This document shows positions 9,446 through 18,491 of a DNA stretch of 64,000 bases, one piece after another. The stretch comes from an uncultured Collinsella sp. (GTDB taxonomy: Bacteria; Actinomycetota; Coriobacteriia; Coriobacteriales; Coriobacteriaceae). Under the pieces are notes generated by a model. It ran no database searches, was not told the DNA's origin, and worked only from the letters and a program-made list of their open reading frames with translations. Positions within the stretch are counted from its first letter, which is position 1; every line of letters starts with the position of its first letter. The stretch spans positions 35,895-99,894 of the forward strand of contig CAUCUN010000004.1 of the NCBI GenBank assembly GCA_958445985.1, in the 5' to 3' direction. A program made the translations under genes and the position numbers.

Positions 9446-10309
9446 ATGGCATTTAACGTTAACGCGCTCGGATTTGGCGACAACGTCGTCGATCGCTACG
9501 AGCATATCCACACCATGTATCCCGGCGGCAATGCGGTGAACTTCGCCGTTTATGCCAAGAAATGCGGTGCCGCACGCTCTGCATACATGGGCATTTTTGG
9601 TAATGACGCCGCTGCCGAGCATGTCATTGCAAGCCTCGAGGATGAGGGTATCGAGCTTGACAAGTGCGAGCAGATGATTGGCGAGAACGGAGCGGCTCGC
9701 GTGACCGTCGTTGACGGTGACCGTGTCTTCCTTGGCTCCAACGAGGGCGGTATCCGTGGCGATGCGCGCTATGTCCTCGATCGCTTTGATCTTGCGTACA
9801 TGAAGCAGTTCGATGTGGTTCATTCGGGCAACTATTGCTTTACCGAGCGCGAGCTGCCCAAGTTGAAGGCTGCGGGCGTCACGGTCTCTTTTGACTTTTC
9901 GGACGACTCCACCGACGAGTACTACGAGCAGATTGCGCCCTACGTCGATTTCGCTTTCTTTAGTGCGGCGGATGCTGCGAGTGAGGACGAGATTCGCGAG
10001 CGTCTGGCATGGGTGAAGGGCCTGGGTCCGCGTTTTGTGTCGGCTACGGCGGGCGCCGAGGGCTGCATTGCTTACGACGGCGAGCGTTATTACCGCCAGC
10101 TGGCTAAACCGGTAACGGACATGAAGGACACCATGGGGGCGGGCGACTCGTTCCTCACCTCGTTTTTGATGTGCTATCTCGATTCCGCCAAGCGTGGTGA
10201 GGATGGCGCCGAGGCCATCGAGCGCGCGCTCGACTTTGCTGCCGGGTTTGCCTCGACCGTGTGCGGCATGGAAGGTTCTTGGGGCCACGGAGCACCAATC
10301 GTCGAATAG
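9446..10309 (+). CDS. frlD: PfkB-family fructoselysine 6-kinase
   Basis: GDNVVDRY..YPGGNAVNFAV, FDFSD, DTMGAGDSF motifs. Confidence 0.9.
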   Translation: MAFNVNALGFGDNVVDRYEHIHTMYPGGNAVNFAVYAKKCGAARSAYMGIFGNDAAAEHVIASLEDEGIELDKCEQMIGENGAARVTVVDGDRVFLGSNEGGIRGDARYVLDRFDLAYMKQFDVVHSGNYCFTERELPKLKAAGVTVSFDFSDDSTDEYYEQIAPYVDFAFFSAADAASEDEIRERLAWVKGLGPRFVSATAGAEGCIAYDGERYYRQLAKPVTDMKDTMGAGDSFLTSFLMCYLDSAKRGEDGAEAIERALDFAAGFASTVCGMEGSWGHGAPIVE

Positions 10310-10353
10310 CCGAGCTGTCCCGGGGAGCTGTATTGGTGCCTTCCCGTGACTCG

Positions 10354-10582
10354 GTGGTCAAAAAAGCCAAATATGAGTACTGTGACTAATTTAGTCGCAG
10401 CAAAATCGACCCCTTCAGACGTGATTTGAGCGTTTGGAGGGGTTTAAGATTGCGAAAATGCAGGATGAGTGACTGTAAAAGTGTTAGTTAATGGACAATC
10501 GTAGATTATTCTGGTGGTCGGAAAGCTCAGAGTAATGTATCCATTTCGCTAGCAGTACTCATATTTGACGTTTTTTGACCAC
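10354..10582. mobile_element. MITE-like non-coding element with ~30-bp terminal inverted repeats
   Basis: Left GTGGTCAAAAAAGCCAAATATGAGTACTG (10354-10382) vs reverse complement of right end GTGGTCAAAAAACGTCAAATATGAGTACTG (10553-10582); AT-rich interior. Confidence 0.6.
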
Positions 10583-10587
10583 GGGGG

Positions 10588-11370
10588 TTAGCGAAGGCTA
10601 AAAACAGAGTGTGCATTCGCTAAAACCGCCGACTCGATGCGCTTTGCGTCACAGTTTTTGAGTGAGGCAATGCGCATCGAGGTCCTTGTGAGCGATTTGA
10701 TGAGCGACTGCGCGCTTGTTTCTGTGTTTGGTTCGGCCGGCGCATCGGTCTCGAGCAGTAGGCGGTCGAGTGGAATCTGTCGTGCGTATTCGCGACCGCG
10801 CTTGGTCGCGAGCATGCGTTCGTTGACGGAAAAATAACAGCCCGCATTACGCGCGCGGACGAGTTCGTCCGAAGTACCGCTAAACCAGTGGAAGATGATA
10901 ACGGGGGAGTCGGGGTTTGGGATGAGTAGTCCATGCGATTCGAGGACGTCCAGTACGGCTCCTGCCGAACGAACGGCGTGAATTGATATCACGCGCCCGG
11001 TAAGAGGATGCTGCACGAGCGCATCGCAGAGCCGGTTAAGTGCCTGTATTTGTAGCGGCTCACTTCCAGCAAAGCGCGCGGAAAAGTCGAGTCCAACTTC
11101 GCCGATGTAGCGTTCTTGGGCAGCAACTTCGCAAAGCAGATTGACTTCGACAAAACCGCAGTGGCCATCGGCGAGCCACCAGGGGTGAAGCCCAACGCCG
11201 GCGATGATGCCTGGTTGGCGACAGGCGCGCTCGTTTGCGGCCGAAAAGTCGCGCGGATTGACGCCGCAGTCAAATAGACCCAAGCCCAGCGCCGTCGCCT
11301 CATCGGCAACGGCGTCCGGGTGAGCCATTAAATCAAGATGGCAGTGTGCATCAAATAACCGGGGCTCCAT
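10588..11370 (-). CDS. tatD: TatD-family metal-dependent hydrolase
   Basis: DAHCHLD, GLHPW, IGEVGLD, LLETDAP motifs. Confidence 0.9.
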   Translation of the reverse strand: MEPRLFDAHCHLDLMAHPDAVADEATALGLGLFDCGVNPRDFSAANERACRQPGIIAGVGLHPWWLADGHCGFVEVNLLCEVAAQERYIGEVGLDFSARFAGSEPLQIQALNRLCDALVQHPLTGRVISIHAVRSAGAVLDVLESHGLLIPNPDSPVIIFHWFSGTSDELVRARNAGCYFSVNERMLATKRGREYARQIPLDRLLLETDAPAEPNTETSAQSLIKSLTRTSMRIASLKNCDAKRIESAVLANAHSVFSLR

Positions 11371-11384
11371 CTCGGTGCGCTCCG

Positions 11385-12182
11385 CTAGTCCAGACGTTGG
11401 CCATCGGAGCGTACGCGCTCAGTGCCGCGGCCGCTGATCTGGCGGATAACCTCGCCGGCAATCATCTGGCCCATGATGGGCGGCATAAAGCTGGCGGTTC
11501 CCAGCTCGGTGCGCTCGTGGATGTTGGAAGGGTCGCGGGGCTGTGTCTTAACCGATTCCTCGCAGCTAAACAGTACATGCAGGCTCTTGATTCCGCGCTT
11601 CTTGCATTCTTTGCGCATGATGCGGCTCATGGGGTCACGTACCGTATCGAAAATGTCGGCAAAGCGGAGGCACTCGGGATGGAGCTTGTTGGCCCCGCCC
11701 ATGGAGCTAACCAAACGAATGTCGTGGTCCTGAGCATATTTGGCAATGGTGAGCTTGGCCGAGATGGTGTCGATGGCGTCGACGACGTAGTCGAGCTTGC
11801 CGTCCGTCTGCTCCAAAACGCTCGCGAAGAAATCATCGATGTTGTCGCTCAGCAAGTATTCAGTTCGCTTGATGACGGCAGCGGCGGGATTGATGTCGTG
11901 GATCATGGCTTCCATCACGTCAACCTTGCGCTTGCCGACGGTGCTGTGAAAGGCGATGGCCTGGCGATTGATATTGCTGGGCGCGATGATGTCCTTGTCC
12001 AGAATGACGAAATGACCGATGCCGCCGCGGGCGAGTGCCTCGCAGCAGTTGGAGCCCACGCCTCCGCAGCCGAGCACTAGCACCGTAGCATCGGCGAGCT
12101 TATCGAGTGCCTCGCGGCCCATGATAATCTCGAGCTTGGTGTCGCGTGTCTCGATGGGAGTTGCGGCTGTGGTTTCGGTCAT
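11385..12182 (-). CDS. tcdA: tRNA threonylcarbamoyladenosine dehydratase (ThiF/E1 family)
   Basis: GCGGVGS..EALARGG, SNINRQ, VVDAID, SSMGGANK motifs. Confidence 0.85.
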   Translation of the reverse strand: MTETTAATPIETRDTKLEIIMGREALDKLADATVLVLGCGGVGSNCCEALARGGIGHFVILDKDIIAPSNINRQAIAFHSTVGKRKVDVMEAMIHDINPAAAVIKRTEYLLSDNIDDFFASVLEQTDGKLDYVVDAIDTISAKLTIAKYAQDHDIRLVSSMGGANKLHPECLRFADIFDTVRDPMSRIMRKECKKRGIKSLHVLFSCEESVKTQPRDPSNIHERTELGTASFMPPIMGQMIAGEVIRQISGRGTERVRSDGQRLD

Positions 12183-12294
12183 AAATATCCTCCGATGGGG
12201 AAGCAGGTCGTGTTTTAGCTATCGCCATTATAGGTAATCGCCCATAGGTTGCGATGGCGTTTGCTTTGATGTGGTTTGAAGCATTGCGATTAGA

Positions 12295-12327
12295 TAGTTA
12301 GACAAACATCTAAATATTGAGTATAGT
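12295..12327 (+). promoter_or_regulatory. Sigma70-type promoter with overlapping palindromic operator for sdpR
   Basis: TAGACA(12299-12304)-17 bp-TATAGT(12322-12327); TTAGA-N6-TCTAA palindrome at 12298-12313. Confidence 0.6.
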
Positions 12328-12361
12328 GTGCACGTCATGAGAGATGATGAGAGGAGGTCTT

Positions 12362-12640
12362 ATGCCGGGAGAGGGTTTTAAGGCGCTGGCCGATCCTACA
12401 CGGCGTCACATTTTGGAACTGCTGCGCGAGGGCAATTGCACGGCCGGGGAGCTTGCCGAGCATTTTGACATCAGCAAGCCGTCGTTGAGCCATCACTTGG
12501 CGACGCTCAAAAACGCCGGGTTGGTGACCGACGAACGTCATGGCCAAAACATCGTTTACAGCTTAAACACCACCGTCATGCAGGACTTGATCGGTTGGTT
12601 TATGGGCTTTACAAACACGGAAGGTGATAAGGATGAATAA
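12362..12640 (+). CDS. sdpR: ArsR/SmtB-family autorepressor (SdpR-like)
   Basis: FKALADPTRRHILELL..SKPSLSHHL..YSLNTTV; SD GAGGAGG. Confidence 0.85.
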   Translation: MPGEGFKALADPTRRHILELLREGNCTAGELAEHFDISKPSLSHHLATLKNAGLVTDERHGQNIVYSLNTTVMQDLIGWFMGFTNTEGDKDE

Positions 12641-13337
12641 CGAAAACAAGGGCATGCACGCCACGGGGGTATCGTCGCGCGTGTGGGCCATGCTTGTTGT
12701 GGTCTGCGCTATTAATGTTGTAGCGCACCTCATGGTGATGCCGAGCCTGCCTGCACAGATTCCCACGCACTGGGGCGCGAACGGCGCCGTCGACGGTTGG
12801 GGTCCTAGTTGGATGGCCTCCGCGCTCGGCGTGCTGCCTCTGGCGCTTCTCGCAATGTTCTGCATGGTGCCGCGCATCGACCCCAAAGGTGAGGCATATC
12901 GAACCTCGGGCAAGTTCTACCAGGGCTTCGTAATCGCCTTCACCTTGTTCATGTGCGCCATAAGCTGGCTGGGAGAGCTTACGGTCTGGGGCGTAGTGCC
13001 GGCGGTCGGTTCGGTTAACGTGCTGATTTCCGGTGTTGTCGGTTTGCTGTTCATCGGCGTAGGCAACTACTTGCCGCGTGTGAAGCAGAACTATACGCTC
13101 GGTATCAAGACACCCTGGGCGCTTGCCGATCCCGAGAACTGGCGCCGTACGCAGCGTTTTGGCGGCGCCTGCTTTATGGTGCTGGGTATTGGCCTGATTG
13201 TGATGGGCGTGGCAGGCAGCGTGCTTTCGAGTGAAGTCGTCGCCGCGGTGATTGCGGCTCTGGCGTTTGGTTCGGTTGGAGCCGTTTACGTCTACTCGTA
13301 TCTGTTGTGGCGCAAATCGCAGCGAGCCGCTCGTTAA
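12633..13337 (+). CDS. sdpI: SdpI-family membrane immunity protein (DUF1648)
   Basis: LPAQIPTHWG..G.VDGW, GNYLPRVKQNYTLGIKTPW..W motifs; overlaps the sdpR stop. Confidence 0.85.
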   Translation: MNNENKGMHATGVSSRVWAMLVVVCAINVVAHLMVMPSLPAQIPTHWGANGAVDGWGPSWMASALGVLPLALLAMFCMVPRIDPKGEAYRTSGKFYQGFVIAFTLFMCAISWLGELTVWGVVPAVGSVNVLISGVVGLLFIGVGNYLPRVKQNYTLGIKTPWALADPENWRRTQRFGGACFMVLGIGLIVMGVAGSVLSSEVVAAVIAALAFGSVGAVYVYSYLLWRKSQRAAR

Positions 13338-13521
13338 GGTTGCGGAAAACTAGCGTACGCAGTTCATAGTATGTTCCGGGGGACTTTTCCCAGGTAGTAT
13401 TAGGGGGTGTGGGCAACCATGCCCCTTTTTCGTTACGTTTCAGAGCTGGTTCCCTCATTTCGTTTCCACTAAAGCGAATCAAGAATAGGGAAACAGCAGG
13501 TAGAAAGGATAGAACAGGCAA

Positions 13522-15201
13522 ATGGCAGAGTTTATCTACCAGATGTATCAGGCTCGCAAGGCCCATGGCGACAAGGTGATCCTTGACGACGTGACCCTGA
13601 GCTTCTACCCCGGTGCCAAGATCGGCGTCGTGGGCCCCAACGGTATGGGCAAGTCGACCCTGCTCAAGATCATGGCCGGCATCGAGGAGGTCTCCAATGG
13701 CGATGCCAAGCTCACTCCCGGCTACACCGTGGGCATCCTGCAGCAGGAGCCGCCACTCGACGACGACAAGACCGTCATCGAGAACGTGCGCATGGCATTT
13801 GGCGACATGATTGCCAAGATCGATCGCTTCAACAAAATCGGCGAGGGGATGTGCGACCCGGACTGCGACATGGATGCCCTCATGGCCGAGATGGGCAAGC
13901 TCCAGGACGAGATCGACGCCGCCGACGGCTGGGATATCGATTCCAAGCTCGGTCAGGCCATGGACGCTCTGCAGCTGCCCGATTCCGACATGCCGGTCAA
14001 CGTGCTTTCCGGCGGCGAGCGCCGTCGCGTGGCCCTGTGCAAGCTGCTGCTCGAGGCTCCCGACCTGTTGCTGCTCGACGAGCCCACGAACCACCTGGAC
14101 GCCGAATCGATCCTGTGGCTCGAGCACTTCCTGCACAACTACCAGGGCGCGGTGCTTGCCGTCACGCACGATCGCTACTTCCTGGATAACGTTGCCGAGT
14201 GGATCTGCGAGGTCGACCGCGGTCACCTTTATCCCTACAAGGGCAACTACTCCACGTATCTGGAGACCAAGGCCGCCCGTATCGAGGCGCAGGGCAACCG
14301 CGACGCCAAGCTCGCCAAGCGCATGGAGGCCGAGCTCGAGTGGGTACGCAGCTCGCCCAAGGCTCGCCAGGCCAAGAACAAGGCCCGTCTGGCTCGTTAC
14401 GAGGAGATGGAGGCCGAGGCCCGCGCAAGCCAGAAGCTCGACTGGACCGACATCCGCATCCCCGTGGGCCCGCGTCTGGGCAACAAGGTGCTCGAGGCTC
14501 ATCACCTGCACAAGGAGTTCGATGGCCGTGTGCTCATCGACGACCTATCGTTCACCCTGCCGCGCAACGGTATCGTGGGTGTCATCGGCCCCAACGGTGT
14601 GGGCAAGACCACGCTGTTCAAGACCATCGTGGGCCTGGAGCCGCTGACTTCGGGCGAGCTCGAGGTGGGCGAGACCGTCAAGATCTCCTATGTCGATCAG
14701 AACCGTTCCGGCATCGACCCCGATAAGAACCTGTGGGAGGTCGTCTCGGATGGCCTGGACCACATGATGGTCGGCGAGACCGAGGTCCCCAGCCGCGCGT
14801 ACGTGGCGAGCTTTGGCTTTAAGGGCCAGGACCAGCAGAAGCGCGCCGGCGTACTCTCCGGCGGCGAGCGCAACCGTCTGAACTTGGCGCTCACGCTCAA
14901 GCAGGGCGGCAACCTGCTGCTTCTCGACGAGCCCACGAACGACCTCGACGTCGAGACGCTGTCCTCGCTCGAGGCGGCGCTGCTCGAGTTCCCGGGCTGC
15001 TCGGTGGTCATTAGCCACGATCGTATGTTCCTGGACCGCGTCGCCACGCACATTCTGGCGTGGGAGGGCACCGACGAGAATCCGGGCAACTGGTATTGGT
15101 TCGAGGGCAACTTCGAGGCCTATCAGGCCAACCGCATCGAGCGCCTGGGCGAGGACGCAGCCCAGCCGCATCGTATTCACAGGAAGCTCACGCGCGACTA
15201 G
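13522..15201 (+). CDS. ettA: ABC-F energy-dependent translational throttle protein
   Basis: MAEFIYQM start, two ABC domains, ELEWVRSSPKARQAKNKARL linker. Confidence 0.95.
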   Translation: MAEFIYQMYQARKAHGDKVILDDVTLSFYPGAKIGVVGPNGMGKSTLLKIMAGIEEVSNGDAKLTPGYTVGILQQEPPLDDDKTVIENVRMAFGDMIAKIDRFNKIGEGMCDPDCDMDALMAEMGKLQDEIDAADGWDIDSKLGQAMDALQLPDSDMPVNVLSGGERRRVALCKLLLEAPDLLLLDEPTNHLDAESILWLEHFLHNYQGAVLAVTHDRYFLDNVAEWICEVDRGHLYPYKGNYSTYLETKAARIEAQGNRDAKLAKRMEAELEWVRSSPKARQAKNKARLARYEEMEAEARASQKLDWTDIRIPVGPRLGNKVLEAHHLHKEFDGRVLIDDLSFTLPRNGIVGVIGPNGVGKTTLFKTIVGLEPLTSGELEVGETVKISYVDQNRSGIDPDKNLWEVVSDGLDHMMVGETEVPSRAYVASFGFKGQDQQKRAGVLSGGERNRLNLALTLKQGGNLLLLDEPTNDLDVETLSSLEAALLEFPGCSVVISHDRMFLDRVATHILAWEGTDENPGNWYWFEGNFEAYQANRIERLGEDAAQPHRIHRKLTRD

Positions 15202-15209
15202 TAGCAAGT

Positions 15210-15240
15210 AGAAAGGCCGCCACCAAGGGCGGCCTTTCTT
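15210..15240 (+). terminator. Intrinsic terminator after ettA
   Basis: AGAAAGGCCGCC...GGCGGCCTTTCT stem-loop. Confidence 0.75.
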
Positions 15241-15481
15241 GTAGCAATTGCACTGCAGCTATGCCCTGGCTGCTGGTTTGATTCATAATCAAAGTTATCT
15301 CTTTGGGATTAAAGCTCGTTTTTGCTATGAGTGATTTTCTAATTCCGTTTAAAACGTAAAGACGCATTGGGTTGCAAGGACATAAGCAAATCGAATTGAA
15401 ATATAACCAGTGCTGTAACGTTACAAAAAAGATTATAGAATAGGAGTACCTTATAAGTCGCTTCTCTAGAAAGAAGAACAT

Positions 15482-16609
15482 ATGCTTTCGCGTCGTCGTT
15501 TTCTGCAACTTGTCGCGTCTTCAATTGTCGCCTTAGCCGCACGTCCGAAAGAGGTTTTTGCTTCGACGGGCAATATTGATGGTGAGCAGATACAATTTAC
15601 TTCTGAAATTGCGCAAGAGCTTGCCGATAAATATATAAAGGGACTCCTCGGCTATTCGTATACGCCTTCTGACCCTATTCCTTTTGTAGATGTTGATGGG
15701 TCCCCGCTTGGTTACATTGTTCCGGTTGTGACATCCAATAGAGCCGCGGGCTATTTGGTTTTAGATGCTTCAGATGATGAAATACTTACGGGATATCGTT
15801 TTGGAGACGGCTTAGTCAGCCCTATGGATCGGGGAGGAGATCTTGGTGTCGAGTCTTATTCTTTCAATAACCCAGTCGTAATGATCAATCCATTCGAATT
15901 CGGCGTGCAATCTTTGGACGGTTCAATAACAACAAATTGCGGAAGAACAATCCCGGCTGTTTCCATAGAAGGACGGCCTGTCGTTTTATCGAATAAACCT
16001 TCAAGCTGGAACGATGTTGTAATTTACGCAACTCAAATGCAGGATTACACAGTATCTGGATTTCGTTCCATTTCTCAGTTTATGTCATATGATGAAAGCG
16101 AGATTAAGAGGCTTACCGCCCACTATGCTTGTATGGTGACAGCTTTTTCGAACGTTGCGGAACTGTATGGCATTGCCAATTTATATAGCGACCCTTCGCA
16201 ATATATGCAGATATGGAATTACACCAATACCCATGCTCTTTCCGATGAAGAACAGACTGTTCCCGGCGTTGTTTTGGGTGGAACGCCGATATCAACCTGT
16301 GCAACGGGGTTTACAAATTACTGCGCAAGCAGAGGAAGTACTCTTATCGCCCGCACTGTCTCCTCTCCGGCTATCGCGAGCATTCAAAATGAGATTAACT
16401 CTAATAGACCGAATGTTTTACATGCGAGTTTGTACAACGGATCAGCCCATTCTGTAACAGCGGAGGCTTACGCCACACTTACTGGTAAGAAAACTGGAGA
16501 GACAAGGCAGATGATTGGCATAGCGGACGGCTGGAATTCATCTTTATCCTTCCTGAAGTATGATCAGAGCTATTATGCGTGGACTTATGGAACGACTTTT
16601 TCGAAGTAG
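15482..16609 (+). CDS. Exported (Tat-signal) putative papain-like cysteine peptidase with N-terminal prodomain
   Basis: SRRRFL twin-arginine signal; candidate Cys/His/Asp in ACMVTA, HSVTAEAY, IADGW; AT-rich codon usage. Confidence 0.55.
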   Translation: MLSRRRFLQLVASSIVALAARPKEVFASTGNIDGEQIQFTSEIAQELADKYIKGLLGYSYTPSDPIPFVDVDGSPLGYIVPVVTSNRAAGYLVLDASDDEILTGYRFGDGLVSPMDRGGDLGVESYSFNNPVVMINPFEFGVQSLDGSITTNCGRTIPAVSIEGRPVVLSNKPSSWNDVVIYATQMQDYTVSGFRSISQFMSYDESEIKRLTAHYACMVTAFSNVAELYGIANLYSDPSQYMQIWNYTNTHALSDEEQTVPGVVLGGTPISTCATGFTNYCASRGSTLIARTVSSPAIASIQNEINSNRPNVLHASLYNGSAHSVTAEAYATLTGKKTGETRQMIGIADGWNSSLSFLKYDQSYYAWTYGTTFSK

Positions 16610-16979
16610 GGCGATTCGTCTAGCCCTGTCTTTGGTGCTGATGGCTTCATTGGTGGGCTGTTCAACAAAGGAAGAGATATCGCGCGGAGGTTCCGGAGAA
16701 GTGACTGCGACAGACTCAGGTTCATTAGAAATAGCTGGCGGGCATGCCGATGTGATGTTACAAGGAAAAGGCGTGCTTAGGTCGATTGATGCTGAAGACG
16801 CTGTCTGCTCAATAGAGGATTTGAAGACAGGTGAAACTGCACCGTACCGAGTCTCAGATAATGCTGCGAATATGATTGAGTCGATACCGACTGGAGCGCA
16901 GGTTTCTTTTAGATACTTTGCTCCGCAACTTGAGGATGAGCTTGCTTCTCTGGTGTCTATATGCACCGATGACAACTAA
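16587..16979 (+). CDS. Small lipoprotein
   Basis: Basic N-terminus, hydrophobic stretch, lipobox LVGC; overlaps the end of the peptidase gene. Confidence 0.6.
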   Translation: MERLFRSRAIRLALSLVLMASLVGCSTKEEISRGGSGEVTATDSGSLEIAGGHADVMLQGKGVLRSIDAEDAVCSIEDLKTGETAPYRVSDNAANMIESIPTGAQVSFRYFAPQLEDELASLVSICTDDN

Positions 16980-16992
16980 AAGGCCTGAATTC

Positions 16993-17035
16993 AAAAGGCC
17001 TCGGATGGTCAATTGGCTATCCGAGGCCTTTTTTA
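16993..17035. terminator. Bidirectional terminator between convergent genes
   Basis: AAAAGGCCTCGGAT...ATCCGAGGCCTTTTT. Confidence 0.75.
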
Positions 17036-18352
17036 CTCGACCGGGGCTTCGACCTTGTCGATGGCCCAGGCGGCTCCGAGACCGCCGGTGGTGTTGCGGC
17101 GGATGCGCACGGTAACTTCGCGGCGCTCGCCGGCCTGCGTGTAGCACAGGGGGAAGCTTGCGCGGTTTCGCGCGGCCTCGATGGTACCGCGCTCGCGGGC
17201 GATCCAGTAGTACTCGCCGACAATGCCGAGGGTATCGGCGCCGTAGGGGAGATAGGTCGACAGCTGGTGCAGAAGCGGGCCGGGGCAGAAGACCTCGGTT
17301 GCGAAATCGACGGGGAAGTCCTCGGGGATGGTCGGTGCTGCGGGTGCGGGGGCTGGGGCCGCTGCGGATGCCGAAGCCGGTGCCGGTGCGGGAATTTGTT
17401 CGCAAGCAGAGGTGGGCACGGATTTGATGACGGGTGCGGGCTCCGGCGTCGCTTCCGGCTTGATCGTGGAATCTGCGGGCTCCACGGTGGCGGGCGCGTC
17501 TGCAGCTGCAGTTTCAACCTCAACCTGCGTCGCGTTCTCGTTCTCGACGCTCGACTTTGTCTCGACCGGCGTGGAAGCCATGGTGGTGATGCCGGCATTG
17601 GCGTTCTCGGGGTCATAGACGACCGTGAGCGAGATGGCGGGCTGCGGCGTCTCGGGCTCCGGCGTCGACTCGGTAGCGCCTTGATCGGCGGGCTCGTCGG
17701 ACTGATCGTCCTCGGCCTCGTTGCCAAAGACATCGCTGTTTTGGAACGCAGGCGTCTCGGGTTGGTCAACGGCTTCTTCGGTTGTCGACTTGGGAGCCTC
17801 GTTGAGCCCCGCAGTGGCTTCCTGCTCTGACATAACTTCGGGATCGGTCGTGGCGGCGATTTCGGTTCTGGCTTCTGCCGTCACCTCGATAGCGACTTCG
17901 ATCTCTGTCTCGGGCTCGGGCTCGGGCTCCGGCACAGCTTCAGCCACGGGTTCGGGTTCGGGCTCAGGACGTTTAACGTGCTTGGGGCGCACGGCCTTGA
18001 GGTCCTTCTCACCGCGCTTTTTCTTTTTGTAGGACTGCTTGGCGCCCTTGGCGGTCTTGGGCTTGTCCTCGCCCTTGGCAAGCGCAGCATCCCAGGCCTC
18101 GTTGGCGATGACGGTGGCATACAGGCGGCCGCCTTTAAAGACGGTCAGCTTAATGCAGTCGTTAAGTTCCTCGAGCAGCTCGCGCGTGGACTCAAAGCCC
18201 AGGTCATAAGCAGTCATGTCGCCTGCGGCGAGCGCCTCCTCGACCTGCGTCATAAACGTTTGCTTGCCGCATCCAATCGCATCGCGTAGCAGGCGATACA
18301 GATAGATGTGGTTGCCCAGCGAAAGCGTGGGCCTAACTATTGTCTTGCTCAT
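17033..18352 (-). CDS. Hypothetical protein: two small domains joined by a long acidic Pro/Glu/Ala linker
   Basis: ORF with SD AGAGGAG before ATG 18352; PEPEPE and APAPA low-complexity runs. Confidence 0.75.
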   Translation of the reverse strand: MSKTIVRPTLSLGNHIYLYRLLRDAIGCGKQTFMTQVEEALAAGDMTAYDLGFESTRELLEELNDCIKLTVFKGGRLYATVIANEAWDAALAKGEDKPKTAKGAKQSYKKKKRGEKDLKAVRPKHVKRPEPEPEPVAEAVPEPEPEPETEIEVAIEVTAEARTEIAATTDPEVMSEQEATAGLNEAPKSTTEEAVDQPETPAFQNSDVFGNEAEDDQSDEPADQGATESTPEPETPQPAISLTVVYDPENANAGITTMASTPVETKSSVENENATQVEVETAAADAPATVEPADSTIKPEATPEPAPVIKSVPTSACEQIPAPAPASASAAAPAPAPAAPTIPEDFPVDFATEVFCPGPLLHQLSTYLPYGADTLGIVGEYYWIARERGTIEAARNRASFPLCYTQAGERREVTVRIRRNTTGGLGAAWAIDKVEAPVE

Positions 18353-18491
18353 GGCAAATCTCCTCTTTACACATGTAAAGCATCTTACCATCGCATAGCG
18401 TTCGCCATGGCGGCGCCCAAGGCAAACGGGCGCGACCGTTGCCGGTTCGCGCCCGTTATGCAGGTCGGTTATCTATGAGAGGCAAATGTGC

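Noticed and set aside
10588..12182. TatD + ThiF pair as a possible anti-phage system
   Set aside because: The ThiF protein has TcdA-specific motifs and no defence partners (ATPase, QueC, E2, JAB) are adjacent.
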